Shown piece after piece: positions 43,699 to 53,123 of a stretch of DNA of 64,000 bases; position 1 is the first letter of the stretch, and the number at the start of each line of letters is the position of its first letter. Under the pieces are notes generated by a model that worked only from the letters and a program-made list of their open reading frames with translations, was not told where the DNA came from and did not search any database. Origin of the DNA: Oscillospiraceae bacterium. Its GTDB lineage: Bacteria; Bacillota; Clostridia; Saccharofermentanales; Saccharofermentanaceae. The translations under genes were made by a program, and so were the position numbers. The DNA lies in assembly GCA_015069215.1 (NCBI GenBank), contig SVJC01000001.1:25896-89895 (forward strand), in the 5' to 3' direction.

Positions 43699-44820
43699 TC
43701 AGACTATGAGCTTTTTGGAAGTAGCGTCAAATACCCTGTAACCCTTTTCGGCTCCGCCGTAATAGCTGACATAGCCTAAGAAGCAAAGATGTCCGTTCTT
43801 GTTTACATACGGGGTGAGATATTTGTAAGATACCCTCTTAAGATTCTGCTTCTGCGCGCTCTTGGCAAACGAAGCAGGCGCGCCGGACCCGCCGCCGAAT
43901 TTCTTGTATGTGGCCTTGACCTTGGCAAAGAACTTCTTCGTCGAGCTCCCTGCAAGCTTGACCGCGGTGCTGTCTCTGACGATCTTTCCTGAACTTACGG
44001 CGATGTTATAGACCTTGTATGTATCGACGGTGGTGCTGTCGTTGTCCGAAATGTGGACCAGGATCGAGATCAGCTTGGGGCTTGTGTGATAGGAATACGT
44101 TATGCTCCTTGCGCTGCTGCCCTTGAGATCGTATTTGCCGAGCTCAGACTTCATCTTCTTGTTCGCGGAATCGGTATTCTTTCCCGTGATGGAAACTTTC
44201 GGGATCTTATAAGGCAGCTTTGCGCCTCCGACCGTAGCAGTCTTACTGACAGCATTCGATATCTTGACCTTGGGCCTTGCGGCGGTTTCAGCCGTCGTAT
44301 TGCCGGACGGCTTTATCGCATACGGGGTAGGAGTCGGTTTCTTATCTAAGTAGTCCCTGATGTTCAGGGTCTCTTTGGTCCTGAAATAGTCGTTATACTC
44401 GACCGAATAACTCGTAACGTAGGTTTTTCCGCTGTTGCGGTTGACGTGATAACGGAGCAAAGATCCCGTGTGCGATTTGAACATGATCATTACTTCGTTT
44501 TTATCACTCGAAGCTATACCCCAGGTACAGGGCTTCTTTCCTTCATCAAGGATCGCTTCGAGGTCTTTGATCTTGAAATGCAGATAGTTTTCGAATCCTT
44601 CGAGCACCTCTTCATCTTCAAGAGGTCCCTTATCGTCTTCGGACTCCCCGGCCGAGGTCGTAGCAGATGCGGCTGTCAGGACGATGGCAGTCGAGCTTTC
44701 GGTTGTCGCGCTCGTCTCGAACGGGTTGCCAATGCCTTTAAGCCTGACCCATACAACGGAGCAGGCACAAACAATGGAAGCACCAAGCACAACCACTAAT
44801 GCTATTTCCGAACGCTTCAT
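43699..44820 (-). CDS. Hypothetical exported protein with basic C-terminal domain
   Basis: N-terminal hydrophobic anchor, S/T/A linker, KPTPTP hinge and Lys-rich C-terminus; family not recognised. Confidence 0.7.
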   Translation of the reverse strand: MKRSEIALVVVLGASIVCACSVVWVRLKGIGNPFETSATTESSTAIVLTAASATTSAGESEDDKGPLEDEEVLEGFENYLHFKIKDLEAILDEGKKPCTWGIASSDKNEVMIMFKSHTGSLLRYHVNRNSGKTYVTSYSVEYNDYFRTKETLNIRDYLDKKPTPTPYAIKPSGNTTAETAARPKVKISNAVSKTATVGGAKLPYKIPKVSITGKNTDSANKKMKSELGKYDLKGSSARSITYSYHTSPKLISILVHISDNDSTTVDTYKVYNIAVSSGKIVRDSTAVKLAGSSTKKFFAKVKATYKKFGGGSGAPASFAKSAQKQNLKRVSYKYLTPYVNKNGHLCFLGYVSYYGGAEKGYRVFDATSKKLIV

Positions 44821-44956
44821 TCTCTCCCGTCTCCCAAAAATCCCTTTAAAAAGCAAATAAAATTATATATTCCGCCTGCGGGACTTTCAATCTTACAGAA
44901 GAATCACGGCTGATTTCGGGCTTTTTTGGTGCGAAAAAATGACATTTCCATAAAAT

Positions 44957-44977
44957 AACGGCACCTCAAGTGCCGTT
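44957..44977 (-). terminator. Terminator of the XRE-desulfoferrodoxin gene
   Basis: AACGGCAC-N5-GTGCCGTT followed by ATTTT on the minus strand. Confidence 0.55.
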
Positions 44978-44980
44978 CAT

Positions 44981-45565
44981 TCATTTCGTTATACGGAACA
45001 AGCCGTGGCGGTTGCAGTATGCGTATATCTTTTTCACGCAGGATCTCTTGAATCTCGCTTCAGCATTTCCTTCCGGATACAGCTTAACGAACTGTACCCT
45101 TGAATCAGACACCGCCGCAAGGAACGTTATATAGTGATCCTTTTCCATCGGGTGATCCACCGTGACATAGTATTCGTCCTCAACATTTTCGACGTTTATG
45201 CAATGCTCTTCATCAGATCCTTCCGGTTCAAACGGGGGAAGCGTTATTCCGCAGCAGCTGATCACTGCCTCTCCCGTTGTCCTAATAACGTTGCCGCAGA
45301 CCGGGCATACATAAAACCTGCCCTTGAGCATGTTTGACGAGCGGTTGCTGTTCTTTATGTCCGCACCCGACAGGAGCTCAATTACCGAAATGTCCAGTGC
45401 TTTTGCAAGCGGTTCGATCAGGCTGATGTCAGGAAATCCCTGGCCGGTCTCCCATTTGCTCACGGCTTTGCTGCTGACATATAAAGTCTCTGCAAGTTCT
45501 TCCTGTGTCATCTTTTTACTATCACGGAGCTTCCTGATAACGGCTCCGGTAACATATTTGTCCAT
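44981..45565 (-). CDS. XRE HTH fused to desulfoferrodoxin/superoxide-reductase-like domain
   Basis: MTQEELAE..VS..AVSKWETG..FPD, then FYVCPVCGN...CCG, EEH, HPM...HY and YCNRHGL. ATG 45565 has a GGAGG RBS. Confidence 0.88.
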   Translation of the reverse strand: MDKYVTGAVIRKLRDSKKMTQEELAETLYVSSKAVSKWETGQGFPDISLIEPLAKALDISVIELLSGADIKNSNRSSNMLKGRFYVCPVCGNVIRTTGEAVISCCGITLPPFEPEGSDEEHCINVENVEDEYYVTVDHPMEKDHYITFLAAVSDSRVQFVKLYPEGNAEARFKRSCVKKIYAYCNRHGLFRITK

Positions 45566-45685
45566 AAGTCTTACCTCCATGTGCCCAAAGCGTAACACGC
45601 GCTCATAAGGAAGGCTACCCACGCATCGTGGAGATGGTATAATTACTTAGTTTCAAGAATTAAAGGAGTTATCCGTCAATCAATT

Positions 45686-47242
45686 ATGGTGCTTAAAAAA
45701 ACGGCAGGTAAGAGCAAACTTTCGAAGATGGAACTTGTCTTCCTTATTCTCACGGCCACGCTCACCATCACCATCGTTTCCACCAGCTCCCCTTTATATC
45801 CGTTCAATCCCTGGGATGACGCGAATTGCTTCTTTACGGTCGGCAGAGGCATAATCCACGGACGTGTTCCATACAGGGACCTGTACGAACAGAAAGGTCC
45901 GCTTCTTTATTTCATATATGCTTTTGCGGCGCTTATCAGTGAGAAGTCTTTCATCGGCGGATGGATAGCCGAATGCATAATGGCCTCCCTGTTCGCCATA
46001 TTCTCATGGAAAACAGTCAAGCTCTTCACTGAACCTTCGAAATTTGCCATGGCATTTATGCCGCTTTTGCTTGGTCTGACCTATACATCAAGGCTCTTCA
46101 ACTTCGGCGGAAACGCAGAAGAGCTGTGCTTCCCTCTTCTCACGATTGCGCTTTATTTCGGACTCAGATCGATAGTCGAAGACGATGGTCTCCCGAACGA
46201 CACCGAGGCTGTCCTTTGCGGCGTGATCACGGCAGCGTTGTTCTGGATCAAATACACGTTTATAGGATTCATGGCGGGATTCATCATCTACATCCTGGTC
46301 CTTACAATAAAGCGCAAGAGCTTTGCAAGGCTCTGGTCTCTTGTCTGGAGATTCCTTGCGGGATTCATTGCGTTAACCGTTCCGATCCTTATCTATTTCC
46401 TCGCCAACGGAGCATTAAAGTTCCTTTGGGAAGGATATTTCTATAACAACATTTTCCTTTACCACGCAGGCAAACCCATCGCGGGACCTGCTTCCACCCC
46501 GGTGGTAAAGCTCTTCTACATCCCGTTCTACTGCAACCGCGCGATCTGCCAGAAATATCCGCTTTTCGGAACCATGCTGATCCTTTCACTGATCTCAATG
46601 TTCTCGTTTTTCTTTTTTGACAAGGCACACCGCAAAAAGATACTGTTCTTCCTCGTGCTGACTTTCGCTTTTACTACAGGAGTCATATTCACGAGGAACT
46701 CTTTCATCTACTACTATGCATATCTTGAAGCATATTGTTTCTGCCTGGTGCTGATCCCTGCAGTCAAGGGAATGGAGAGTCTCGGCAATGTCTTCAAGCA
46801 GAATCCTTCGCTCCTGAAAGCTCTTGTTTCGGGACTTCTCGTGGTCGTTTATGCGGTAGTCCTCCTGCTGAACAAGAACTCTTACCTCTTCCTGCAGAAG
46901 AAGGATTTCCTTGCACAGTACCGCTATGCCGAGATAATCAACCAGACTCCCAATGCAAAGATCCTTACCTACGACGTAATGGATTCCGGGTTCTACAACG
47001 CGTCAGGCCTGCTTCCCCAAAACAGGTTCTTCTGCTTCCTCAACATCGAGACCAACTATCCGGCCATTCTTGAGGAACAGAACAGGCTTATCAGAGAAGG
47101 TTATTTCGATTACATCATCACGACTTACTTCTGTGAAGAAGAATGGGATAACTACGAGCTGATCCGTGAGGAAGCCGATCCCTATGTTGACTATACCGGC
47201 GAAAAAGCGCTTGACGGATACAGGCTCTATAAGAGGATCTAA
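45686..47242 (+). CDS. Multi-TM GT-C fold glycosyltransferase-like protein
   Basis: DDANCFF.VGR.I..G.VPYRDLYEQKGP loop and FWIKYT; about 11 TMs. Confidence 0.72.
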   Translation: MVLKKTAGKSKLSKMELVFLILTATLTITIVSTSSPLYPFNPWDDANCFFTVGRGIIHGRVPYRDLYEQKGPLLYFIYAFAALISEKSFIGGWIAECIMASLFAIFSWKTVKLFTEPSKFAMAFMPLLLGLTYTSRLFNFGGNAEELCFPLLTIALYFGLRSIVEDDGLPNDTEAVLCGVITAALFWIKYTFIGFMAGFIIYILVLTIKRKSFARLWSLVWRFLAGFIALTVPILIYFLANGALKFLWEGYFYNNIFLYHAGKPIAGPASTPVVKLFYIPFYCNRAICQKYPLFGTMLILSLISMFSFFFFDKAHRKKILFFLVLTFAFTTGVIFTRNSFIYYYAYLEAYCFCLVLIPAVKGMESLGNVFKQNPSLLKALVSGLLVVVYAVVLLLNKNSYLFLQKKDFLAQYRYAEIINQTPNAKILTYDVMDSGFYNASGLLPQNRFFCFLNIETNYPAILEEQNRLIREGYFDYIITTYFCEEEWDNYELIREEADPYVDYTGEKALDGYRLYKRI

Positions 47243-47604
47243 ACTACCTCATATCCTTCTTTTTCCAGCACTTCCAAAGCCCTTTCAAAATTCTCTTCTT
47301 TTACGAGAATGTAGTCAGTGTTGTATGTTGACACGGCGAAAATTCCGATGCCGTTATCTGCGAGTATTCCGGATATCTTTGACAAAATCCCGATAAGAGA
47401 GAAATCCAGTATTCCCTGAATGCGGAAGCCTCTCCAGCCGTCATCTCTTTCGACAGTGACTGCCGGTACGGAACTTGTCGGGCAGACAACAGAGATCTCT
47501 TCATCAGTCTTTCCGATGAACAGGATATCCAATTTCAGGTCAATGTCATTGACGGATGCCACTTTGCATACCGAAAGATGCTGCTCAAGTTTTTTAAGTT
47601 CCAT
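47239..47604 (-). CDS. ACT domain protein (tandem ACT, CASTOR-like)
   Basis: TDEEISVVC, W..FRI.G.LDFSLIGIL..IS..LA..GI.IFAVSTYNTDYILVK. Confidence 0.88.
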   Translation of the reverse strand: MELKKLEQHLSVCKVASVNDIDLKLDILFIGKTDEEISVVCPTSSVPAVTVERDDGWRGFRIQGILDFSLIGILSKISGILADNGIGIFAVSTYNTDYILVKEENFERALEVLEKEGYEVV

Positions 47605-47625
47605 ATGTCATCTGCCTTTCTTGTC

Positions 47626-48516
47626 TTAATGTGATCCCTTGTATCCTGCCCCGTACGACGTAGTGTAATAGTCCACCCTCTTGGAGTCTTCGCCGTACAA
47701 AGGCTCGTATAGATTTTCTTTCGGATCGATCCCCGCTAAAGCGCATACAGCTTCGTGGCTGCGGATAGTAAGATCCTTTTCCCTTTCCTTTGGGCCCAGT
47801 TCATTGTTCGGGAACAGCGGCTCTCCGATGTGAAGCGTGAACGTGGCTATCTGGCGGAAGATGTGTTTCCTGATCGGGCCGGGTTCACGGTACGAAAATG
47901 CCAGGGGAAGGATCGGTTTGCCGCAGTCGCAGGCTATGTGTGAAGCACCGCGCTTGAAAGGACGTATGGGACGGTAGTATTCCCACATGCTGCCCTCTGA
48001 ATAGATGTGAAGCCATCCGTGATCCTCCGTCAGGAGTTTGCGCATTACTTTCAGATAAGTCTTGGTGGCAGCGGTATTTCCCTCGGGGATCGGAATGCCT
48101 CCTACCATGCGGATCAGCGTGCCGTTCTCTCCGTTTATGTTAGGTGCCCAGGCAAGAAGGTTTGACTTAAACGGCCGTATCGCTTTCATCACGGCTATGT
48201 AGTCCCACATGTGCACATGGTTTGCCACCGAAACGACGCCGTTCTTTAATACATCCTTGTGCTTTTTAATGTTCTCTCTTCCTTCGATCTTAAGTCCCAT
48301 GCGGACTGTTGCAACATGGAAAACGAAAATGTTCAGCAGAAAACGCACCACACCCTGTCTGAAGCGGAACCACTTCGAACGGTCAATGTATGGATAATTC
48401 GTATCGAAAACATACCCACGGTCCATGTGGATTTCAAGATAGTGTTTATCGGTTTCCAAAGGATACGGGAACTTGTCGGTCTTAGGGTCAAACATAATGC
48501 CTACATTATCCACCAA
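47626..48516 (-). CDS. Lysophospholipid acyltransferase (PlsC-like)
   Basis: VANHVHMWD (HxxxxD), IYSEGS and FKRGA. Confidence 0.85.
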   Translation of the reverse strand: MVDNVGIMFDPKTDKFPYPLETDKHYLEIHMDRGYVFDTNYPYIDRSKWFRFRQGVVRFLLNIFVFHVATVRMGLKIEGRENIKKHKDVLKNGVVSVANHVHMWDYIAVMKAIRPFKSNLLAWAPNINGENGTLIRMVGGIPIPEGNTAATKTYLKVMRKLLTEDHGWLHIYSEGSMWEYYRPIRPFKRGASHIACDCGKPILPLAFSYREPGPIRKHIFRQIATFTLHIGEPLFPNNELGPKEREKDLTIRSHEAVCALAGIDPKENLYEPLYGEDSKRVDYYTTSYGAGYKGSH

Positions 48517-48524
48517 AAAGACAG

Positions 48525-49397
48525 CTATTCCAAATCGAATATGCTGAGCTGCTTATCGGGAAGATCGTTCATGTACTTAAAGCATTCATCGTCGATCAGC
48601 ATTCCGTTCGATCTGCACGTGTCAGTCAGGATCTTCCGGAGCTTTGCGGCATTGGGACTCGGCACTTCATAAGAATCGCCGTAAGTCTTGATGTATCTTT
48701 CCTTGAGGCCGGGAAAATGCCTGTCTAAAGCGGCATAGAAATACTCCCTGTCACCTTCGCGGAGCGTCACTCCCATGCCCATGTTGATCATGCCCTTTAC
48801 GCCGCATCTCACGCACTCATCCAATATCTTAGTGATGTTTTCTTCCGTGTCGTTTATGAAAGGCAGTATCGGCGTCATCCACACGATCGTGGGTATGCCT
48901 CTTTTATGCATTTCCTCAAGAACTTCGATGCGTCTTTTTGTGTTGCAGACATTGGGCTCCAATATGCTGCAGAGTTCATCGTCGTATGTGGTGAGGGTGA
49001 TCTCCACTACGCACTTTGCTTTTTTGTTAATCTCATCGAGCAGATCGATGTCTTCAAGTATCCTGTCAGACTTGGTCTGTATCGCAAGACCGAATCCATA
49101 TTTTTTTATTATCTCCAGGCACTTTCTGGTCATGCGAAGTTCGGTCTCACAGTGCATGTAAGGATCTGACATCGAGCCGGTGCCGATCATGCACTTGCTG
49201 CGCTTTGACCTGAGTTCCTTTTCCAAAAGCCCGGGTGCGTTCTGCTTGACTTCGATGTCTTCGAAAGCGTGCGTGAACTGATAACAGGTGCTCCTGCTGT
49301 CACAGTAGATGCAGCCGTGCGTACAGCCGCGGTATATGTTCATGCCGTGGTATCCGCCCTTGTTATGTACGAGTCCTTTCGCTTCTACAAAATGCAT
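48525..49397 (-). CDS. Radical SAM protein (spore photoproduct lyase-like clade)
   Basis: NIYRGCTHGCIYCDSRS, GSMSDPY, TKSD and EPNV. Confidence 0.88.
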   Translation of the reverse strand: MHFVEAKGLVHNKGGYHGMNIYRGCTHGCIYCDSRSTCYQFTHAFEDIEVKQNAPGLLEKELRSKRSKCMIGTGSMSDPYMHCETELRMTRKCLEIIKKYGFGLAIQTKSDRILEDIDLLDEINKKAKCVVEITLTTYDDELCSILEPNVCNTKRRIEVLEEMHKRGIPTIVWMTPILPFINDTEENITKILDECVRCGVKGMINMGMGVTLREGDREYFYAALDRHFPGLKERYIKTYGDSYEVPSPNAAKLRKILTDTCRSNGMLIDDECFKYMNDLPDKQLSIFDLE

Positions 49398-49403
49398 ATC
49401 AGA

Positions 49404-51131
49404 TCACGCGTTCCACTTGTAAAGTCCGGCATAAATGCCGTTTTTTGCCATGAGCTCGTCGTGCGTTCCGCTTTCTTCGATCCCGTTCTCGGTAAGGACA
49501 AGAATACGCTCGGCATTCCTGACGGTTGAAAGACGGTGCGCGATGACCAGCGTCGTTCTGTTCTTCGCGAGCTTTTCCAAAGACTCTTTTACGATGTTCT
49601 CGCTCTCGTTATCGAGTGCGCTCGTCGCCTCATCGAAAATGAGTATCGGCGGGTTCTTGAGGAACACTCTCGCGATCGAGAGCCTCTGCTTCTGGCCGCC
49701 GGAGAGCTTGATTCCGCGCTGTCCGATGTCGGTATCGTAGCCGTTCGGAAGCTCCATGATGAAGTCATGCGCATTCGCAAGCTTTGCCGCTTCGATTATC
49801 TCTTCTCTCGTTGAACCGGGCTTACCGTAACTGATGTTTTCAATAACGGTTCCCGCGAAAAGATATACGTCCTGCTGGACGATACCGATGTGATCACGGA
49901 GGCTCTTGAGCTTGATGTCACGGATATCCTTGCCGTCGATCCTGATGGCTCCTCCGGTAACATCGTAGAACCTCGGAATGAGGCTGCAGAGAGTCGTCTT
50001 GCCGCCGCCTGAAGAACCTACGAGAGCGACATAAGAACCCGCTTCGATATCGAGATTGATGTGGCGCAGGACTCTGTGTGCGCCTTCCTTGTATTTGAAC
50101 GAGACATCATCAAAAACGATGTCGCCTTTGACGTCGCTCATCTCGACAGCGCCTTCTTTATCCTTGATGTCAGGCTCTATGTTCATGATCTCCATGAATC
50201 TCTCAAAGCCCGTGTAGCCGTTCTGGAACTGCTCGGTGAAATCAACGATTACCCTTATCGGTTCGGTGAACGTGTTGATGTAAAGGATGAATGCGATGAA
50301 ATCAGGAATCTGAACGAGTCCGTCGGATATCAGTATCGCGCCTGCAATGATGACTGCAATGTTGATGAGCAGTATGAAAGCAGTCATGCCTGACTGGAAC
50401 AATCCGAGATACAGATAACTGTTCTTTTTCGATCTCAGGAAAGCATCGTTGCCTTCCCTGAACTTTTCCATCTCGATGTCTTCATTTGCAAAAGACTTTA
50501 CGACCCTGATCCCGGAGAGGTTATCTTCAGCTCTGGAATTGATCTCAGCTACCTTCTGTCTGTTGGCTTTAAACGCTCTCCTCATCTTTTTGTTGAGAAG
50601 GAAGACAAACAGGAACATGAACGGAAGCAGAATAAACGCAGCCGCCGTCAGATACTTGCTGATGCCCATCAGGATGACGAACGCACCGACTATCTTGATA
50701 AGCGATATCACGATGTTCTCAGGTCCGTGATGCAGGAGCTCCGTTATCTCAAACAGGTCGTTCGTGATTCTGCTCATGAGCTGACCTGTCTTCTGGTCAT
50801 CGTAGAACGAGAATGAAAGCTTCTGCAGATGCGAGAAGATCTCGGCGCGCATGTTGTATTCCATTTTCGCACCCATGACGTGACCAACGTTCGTAATGTA
50901 GTAATTCGAGAAAAACTGGATGATGACAAGACCTATAAGGATCAGTCCGAGATGGACGATCCTCTCCCTTGCACCTGTCTCAAGATAGATGACCTCAGAA
51001 GTGATGTAGCGTACGATAAGCGGAACAACGAGCGCGATAGCCGAAGCCACAACGGCAAAGAACATATCCAGAAGGAATGTTCCCATGTAAGGCTTATAGT
51101 AGCTGATCAGCTTTCTAAGATTCTTTCCCAT
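49404..51131 (-). CDS. ABC transporter permease/ATP-binding fusion
   Basis: Six-TM domain, GSSGGGKTT, LSGGQKQR and ILIFDEATSALD. Confidence 0.95.
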   Translation of the reverse strand: MGKNLRKLISYYKPYMGTFLLDMFFAVVASAIALVVPLIVRYITSEVIYLETGARERIVHLGLILIGLVIIQFFSNYYITNVGHVMGAKMEYNMRAEIFSHLQKLSFSFYDDQKTGQLMSRITNDLFEITELLHHGPENIVISLIKIVGAFVILMGISKYLTAAAFILLPFMFLFVFLLNKKMRRAFKANRQKVAEINSRAEDNLSGIRVVKSFANEDIEMEKFREGNDAFLRSKKNSYLYLGLFQSGMTAFILLINIAVIIAGAILISDGLVQIPDFIAFILYINTFTEPIRVIVDFTEQFQNGYTGFERFMEIMNIEPDIKDKEGAVEMSDVKGDIVFDDVSFKYKEGAHRVLRHINLDIEAGSYVALVGSSGGGKTTLCSLIPRFYDVTGGAIRIDGKDIRDIKLKSLRDHIGIVQQDVYLFAGTVIENISYGKPGSTREEIIEAAKLANAHDFIMELPNGYDTDIGQRGIKLSGGQKQRLSIARVFLKNPPILIFDEATSALDNESENIVKESLEKLAKNRTTLVIAHRLSTVRNAERILVLTENGIEESGTHDELMAKNGIYAGLYKWNA

Positions 51132-51572
51132 TTACTCGATGATCCCGCCGTGAAAATAGCACTCGTAGATCTGTTCTCCCTTGTAGCTTATGGTCTCATA
51201 ACCCTGAAACCATTCGAATTCCCCGGCAACTTTGCAGTTGAACTCATAGTCACCGTTCTTATAATTTTCAGGTCCTCTGAAAGGCTTGTCAAAAGGCACT
51301 TCCAGCAGTGCTTCCTTCAGGAAATCGCCGCTGAAGTTATCGCCTGTCACGCGGCCTGCATAGTTCATGCTCCAGTAAGGCTTGCCTGAGATCCACAGAG
51401 CTTCTTCGCCTGCGAACTTGCCGCCTCCAAGGTACGTGTCCAGATACATCAGATCGTCTTCGCGGTAGATGAGGTCATGAGACTCTGGTCTTGACGACTC
51501 AGTCTCTGCGCCCTTTCCCGCATATGTTGCCTTCTTGGCTCTTATCAGAAATTCAACGATTCTTCTATCCAT
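51132..51572 (-). CDS. Conserved hypothetical protein (DUF5680-like)
   Basis: FL..AKKATYAG, Y.D.Y.GG..F.GEE, W.MNY.G, PFRGP and FHGG.I. Confidence 0.75.
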   Translation of the reverse strand: MDRRIVEFLIRAKKATYAGKGAETESSRPESHDLIYREDDLMYLDTYLGGGKFAGEEALWISGKPYWSMNYAGRVTGDNFSGDFLKEALLEVPFDKPFRGPENYKNGDYEFNCKVAGEFEWFQGYETISYKGEQIYECYFHGGIIE

Positions 51573-51717
51573 TTTTCACCCCCTATAAATATAAAAGCTA
51601 TTCTATCACAAGCATATCAGGTTTTAGGGGACAGGATATTCATGCTGACATATCAGTTAAAGGGATCTGCAAAATGAATATCAAAAAGCCGGAGAAAAAG
51701 AATAAGAAAAAAGACGC

Positions 51718-51841
51718 GTAAACTTTTCCGTAAACAATTCGGCCCGAAAAGTTTACGTTTGAGTTTACTTTTTCGAAGAGTAAACAAAAGCGTAAACATT
51801 TTGCTTGAAAATGTTTACGCCTGAGTTTACGTTATTATTTT
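51718..51841. repeat. Two tandem 62-nt palindromic units (element B)
   Basis: GTAAAC at 51718, 51730, 51780 and 51792; GTTTAC at 51751, 51763, 51813 and 51825. Confidence 0.9.
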
Positions 51842-51857
51842 GTTGTTTCCGGAAAGC

Positions 51858-52535
51858 TTAAGTGAGCGGTTTGCCACACCTGGGGCAGAACTTTCCGTTG
51901 CCTCTGGGAGCACCACAGTTGGTGCAGAACCTGCTCTTAGGTGCTGCGGCTGCCAACGGAGCAGCTGCTGCGGCAGATCCTGCTGCGTCACCCCTCATCT
52001 GATTGACCTGTTCCATGATGCGCTGCATGTCAGCAGCCTGTGCAGCCATTATCTTTTGGGCCTGATCTTCAGCCTGGCGGCGCTGATTCAACGACATTTG
52101 GCTCAGTTCCTGCTGTGCCCTTTTGTTGGCTTCTTCCATTGCCTTCATCTGATCTGCGGTAGACTGGGCAGTGAAAGAGCTCATCTTTTCCATGCTTGAG
52201 ATCCTGCTCATTGAGTCGGCATCAGGAGCAATCTCCGTAATGGAGAATGAGTCGATCGTGATATTCTTCGCACCGAGTGCAGATGCGACTTCCTGACCTA
52301 TGACATGACCCCTGGAAGGAAGATCCTTGTAAGAGATCATCCCACATTCCAGTTTAAAGAGCTGTTCCTGGATGACCGATAAGATCAATGACTGAACAAA
52401 TTCAACGTCAGTCTCATTACCTCCGCGGTCAGGGCATGACACTTCCGCCTCGCCCTTGACATCAAGACCGACAGATCTGTAATCAGGATCACCGTAAGGC
52501 ATTCTCTTTGAAAAAGCGACAGTAAAGTTTCCCAT
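51858..52535 (-). CDS. SPFH/band-7-like domain + coiled coil + zinc ribbon
   Basis: V.G...V, L..K..SY..LP and I.IDSFSI.EI.P pattern; Q/M/A-rich helix; FCTNCGAPRGNGKFCPRCG. Confidence 0.65.
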   Translation of the reverse strand: MGNFTVAFSKRMPYGDPDYRSVGLDVKGEAEVSCPDRGGNETDVEFVQSLILSVIQEQLFKLECGMISYKDLPSRGHVIGQEVASALGAKNITIDSFSITEIAPDADSMSRISSMEKMSSFTAQSTADQMKAMEEANKRAQQELSQMSLNQRRQAEDQAQKIMAAQAADMQRIMEQVNQMRGDAAGSAAAAAPLAAAAPKSRFCTNCGAPRGNGKFCPRCGKPLT

Positions 52536-52574
52536 GTTAATCTCTCCCTTCTGATTTATTCCAGATAAATCTTA

Positions 52575-53123
52575 TCACAATTCTTTATACATCAGTATCT
52601 CATCGTGAAGGGTTCCGTCATCAAATCTTAAGGCGTGATGACGTACTCCGGTCTCGATGAATCCGCACTTCTTATAGGCCGCAAGAGCCCTGTCGTTTCC
52701 TGAAACGACTTCGAGATCAATCTGTTTCCAGCCAACCTGTCTTGCAAGCTCGGTAAGGTATTCGAGCATGGCTGTTCCGATGCCCAAACCCCAGTATTCT
52801 TTGTAAAGCGCGATCGCAAGTGAACAGCGGTGCCAGAGCTTCCTCTGGTAGCCGATCCCGTTCACACCCGCGTTACCTGCAACCTTGCCGTCAACTACCG
52901 CAACCATCATGATCGCATAAGGATTTTCAAGAAAATCATCAAGGATCTTCTGTTCCTCCTCAAGCGTCCATTTGACTTCATCCGGGTATCTCAAAAGGAA
53001 ATCCGTCTCGTCAGGCGTCTTCTTCAGATACTCGAGCATCTGCTCCGCATATTCTGATGAGTTCGGCTTAAGTATGCACTGTCTTCCGTCTTTGAGAGTG
53101 ATCTCTCTTTCTTCAAATCTCAT
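52575..53123 (-). CDS. GNAT family N-acetyltransferase (RimJ/RimL-like)
   Basis: EYWGLGIG and LEV...N.RA...YKKCGF. Confidence 0.9.
   Translation of the reverse strand: MRFEEREITLKDGRQCILKPNSSEYAEQMLEYLKKTPDETDFLLRYPDEVKWTLEEEQKILDDFLENPYAIMMVAVVDGKVAGNAGVNGIGYQRKLWHRCSLAIALYKEYWGLGIGTAMLEYLTELARQVGWKQIDLEVVSGNDRALAAYKKCGFIETGVRHHALRFDDGTLHDEILMYKEL

Noticed and set aside
51718-51841. CRISPR array interpretation of elements A and B
   Set aside because: Only two units each, no constant repeat with unique spacers, and no cas genes.
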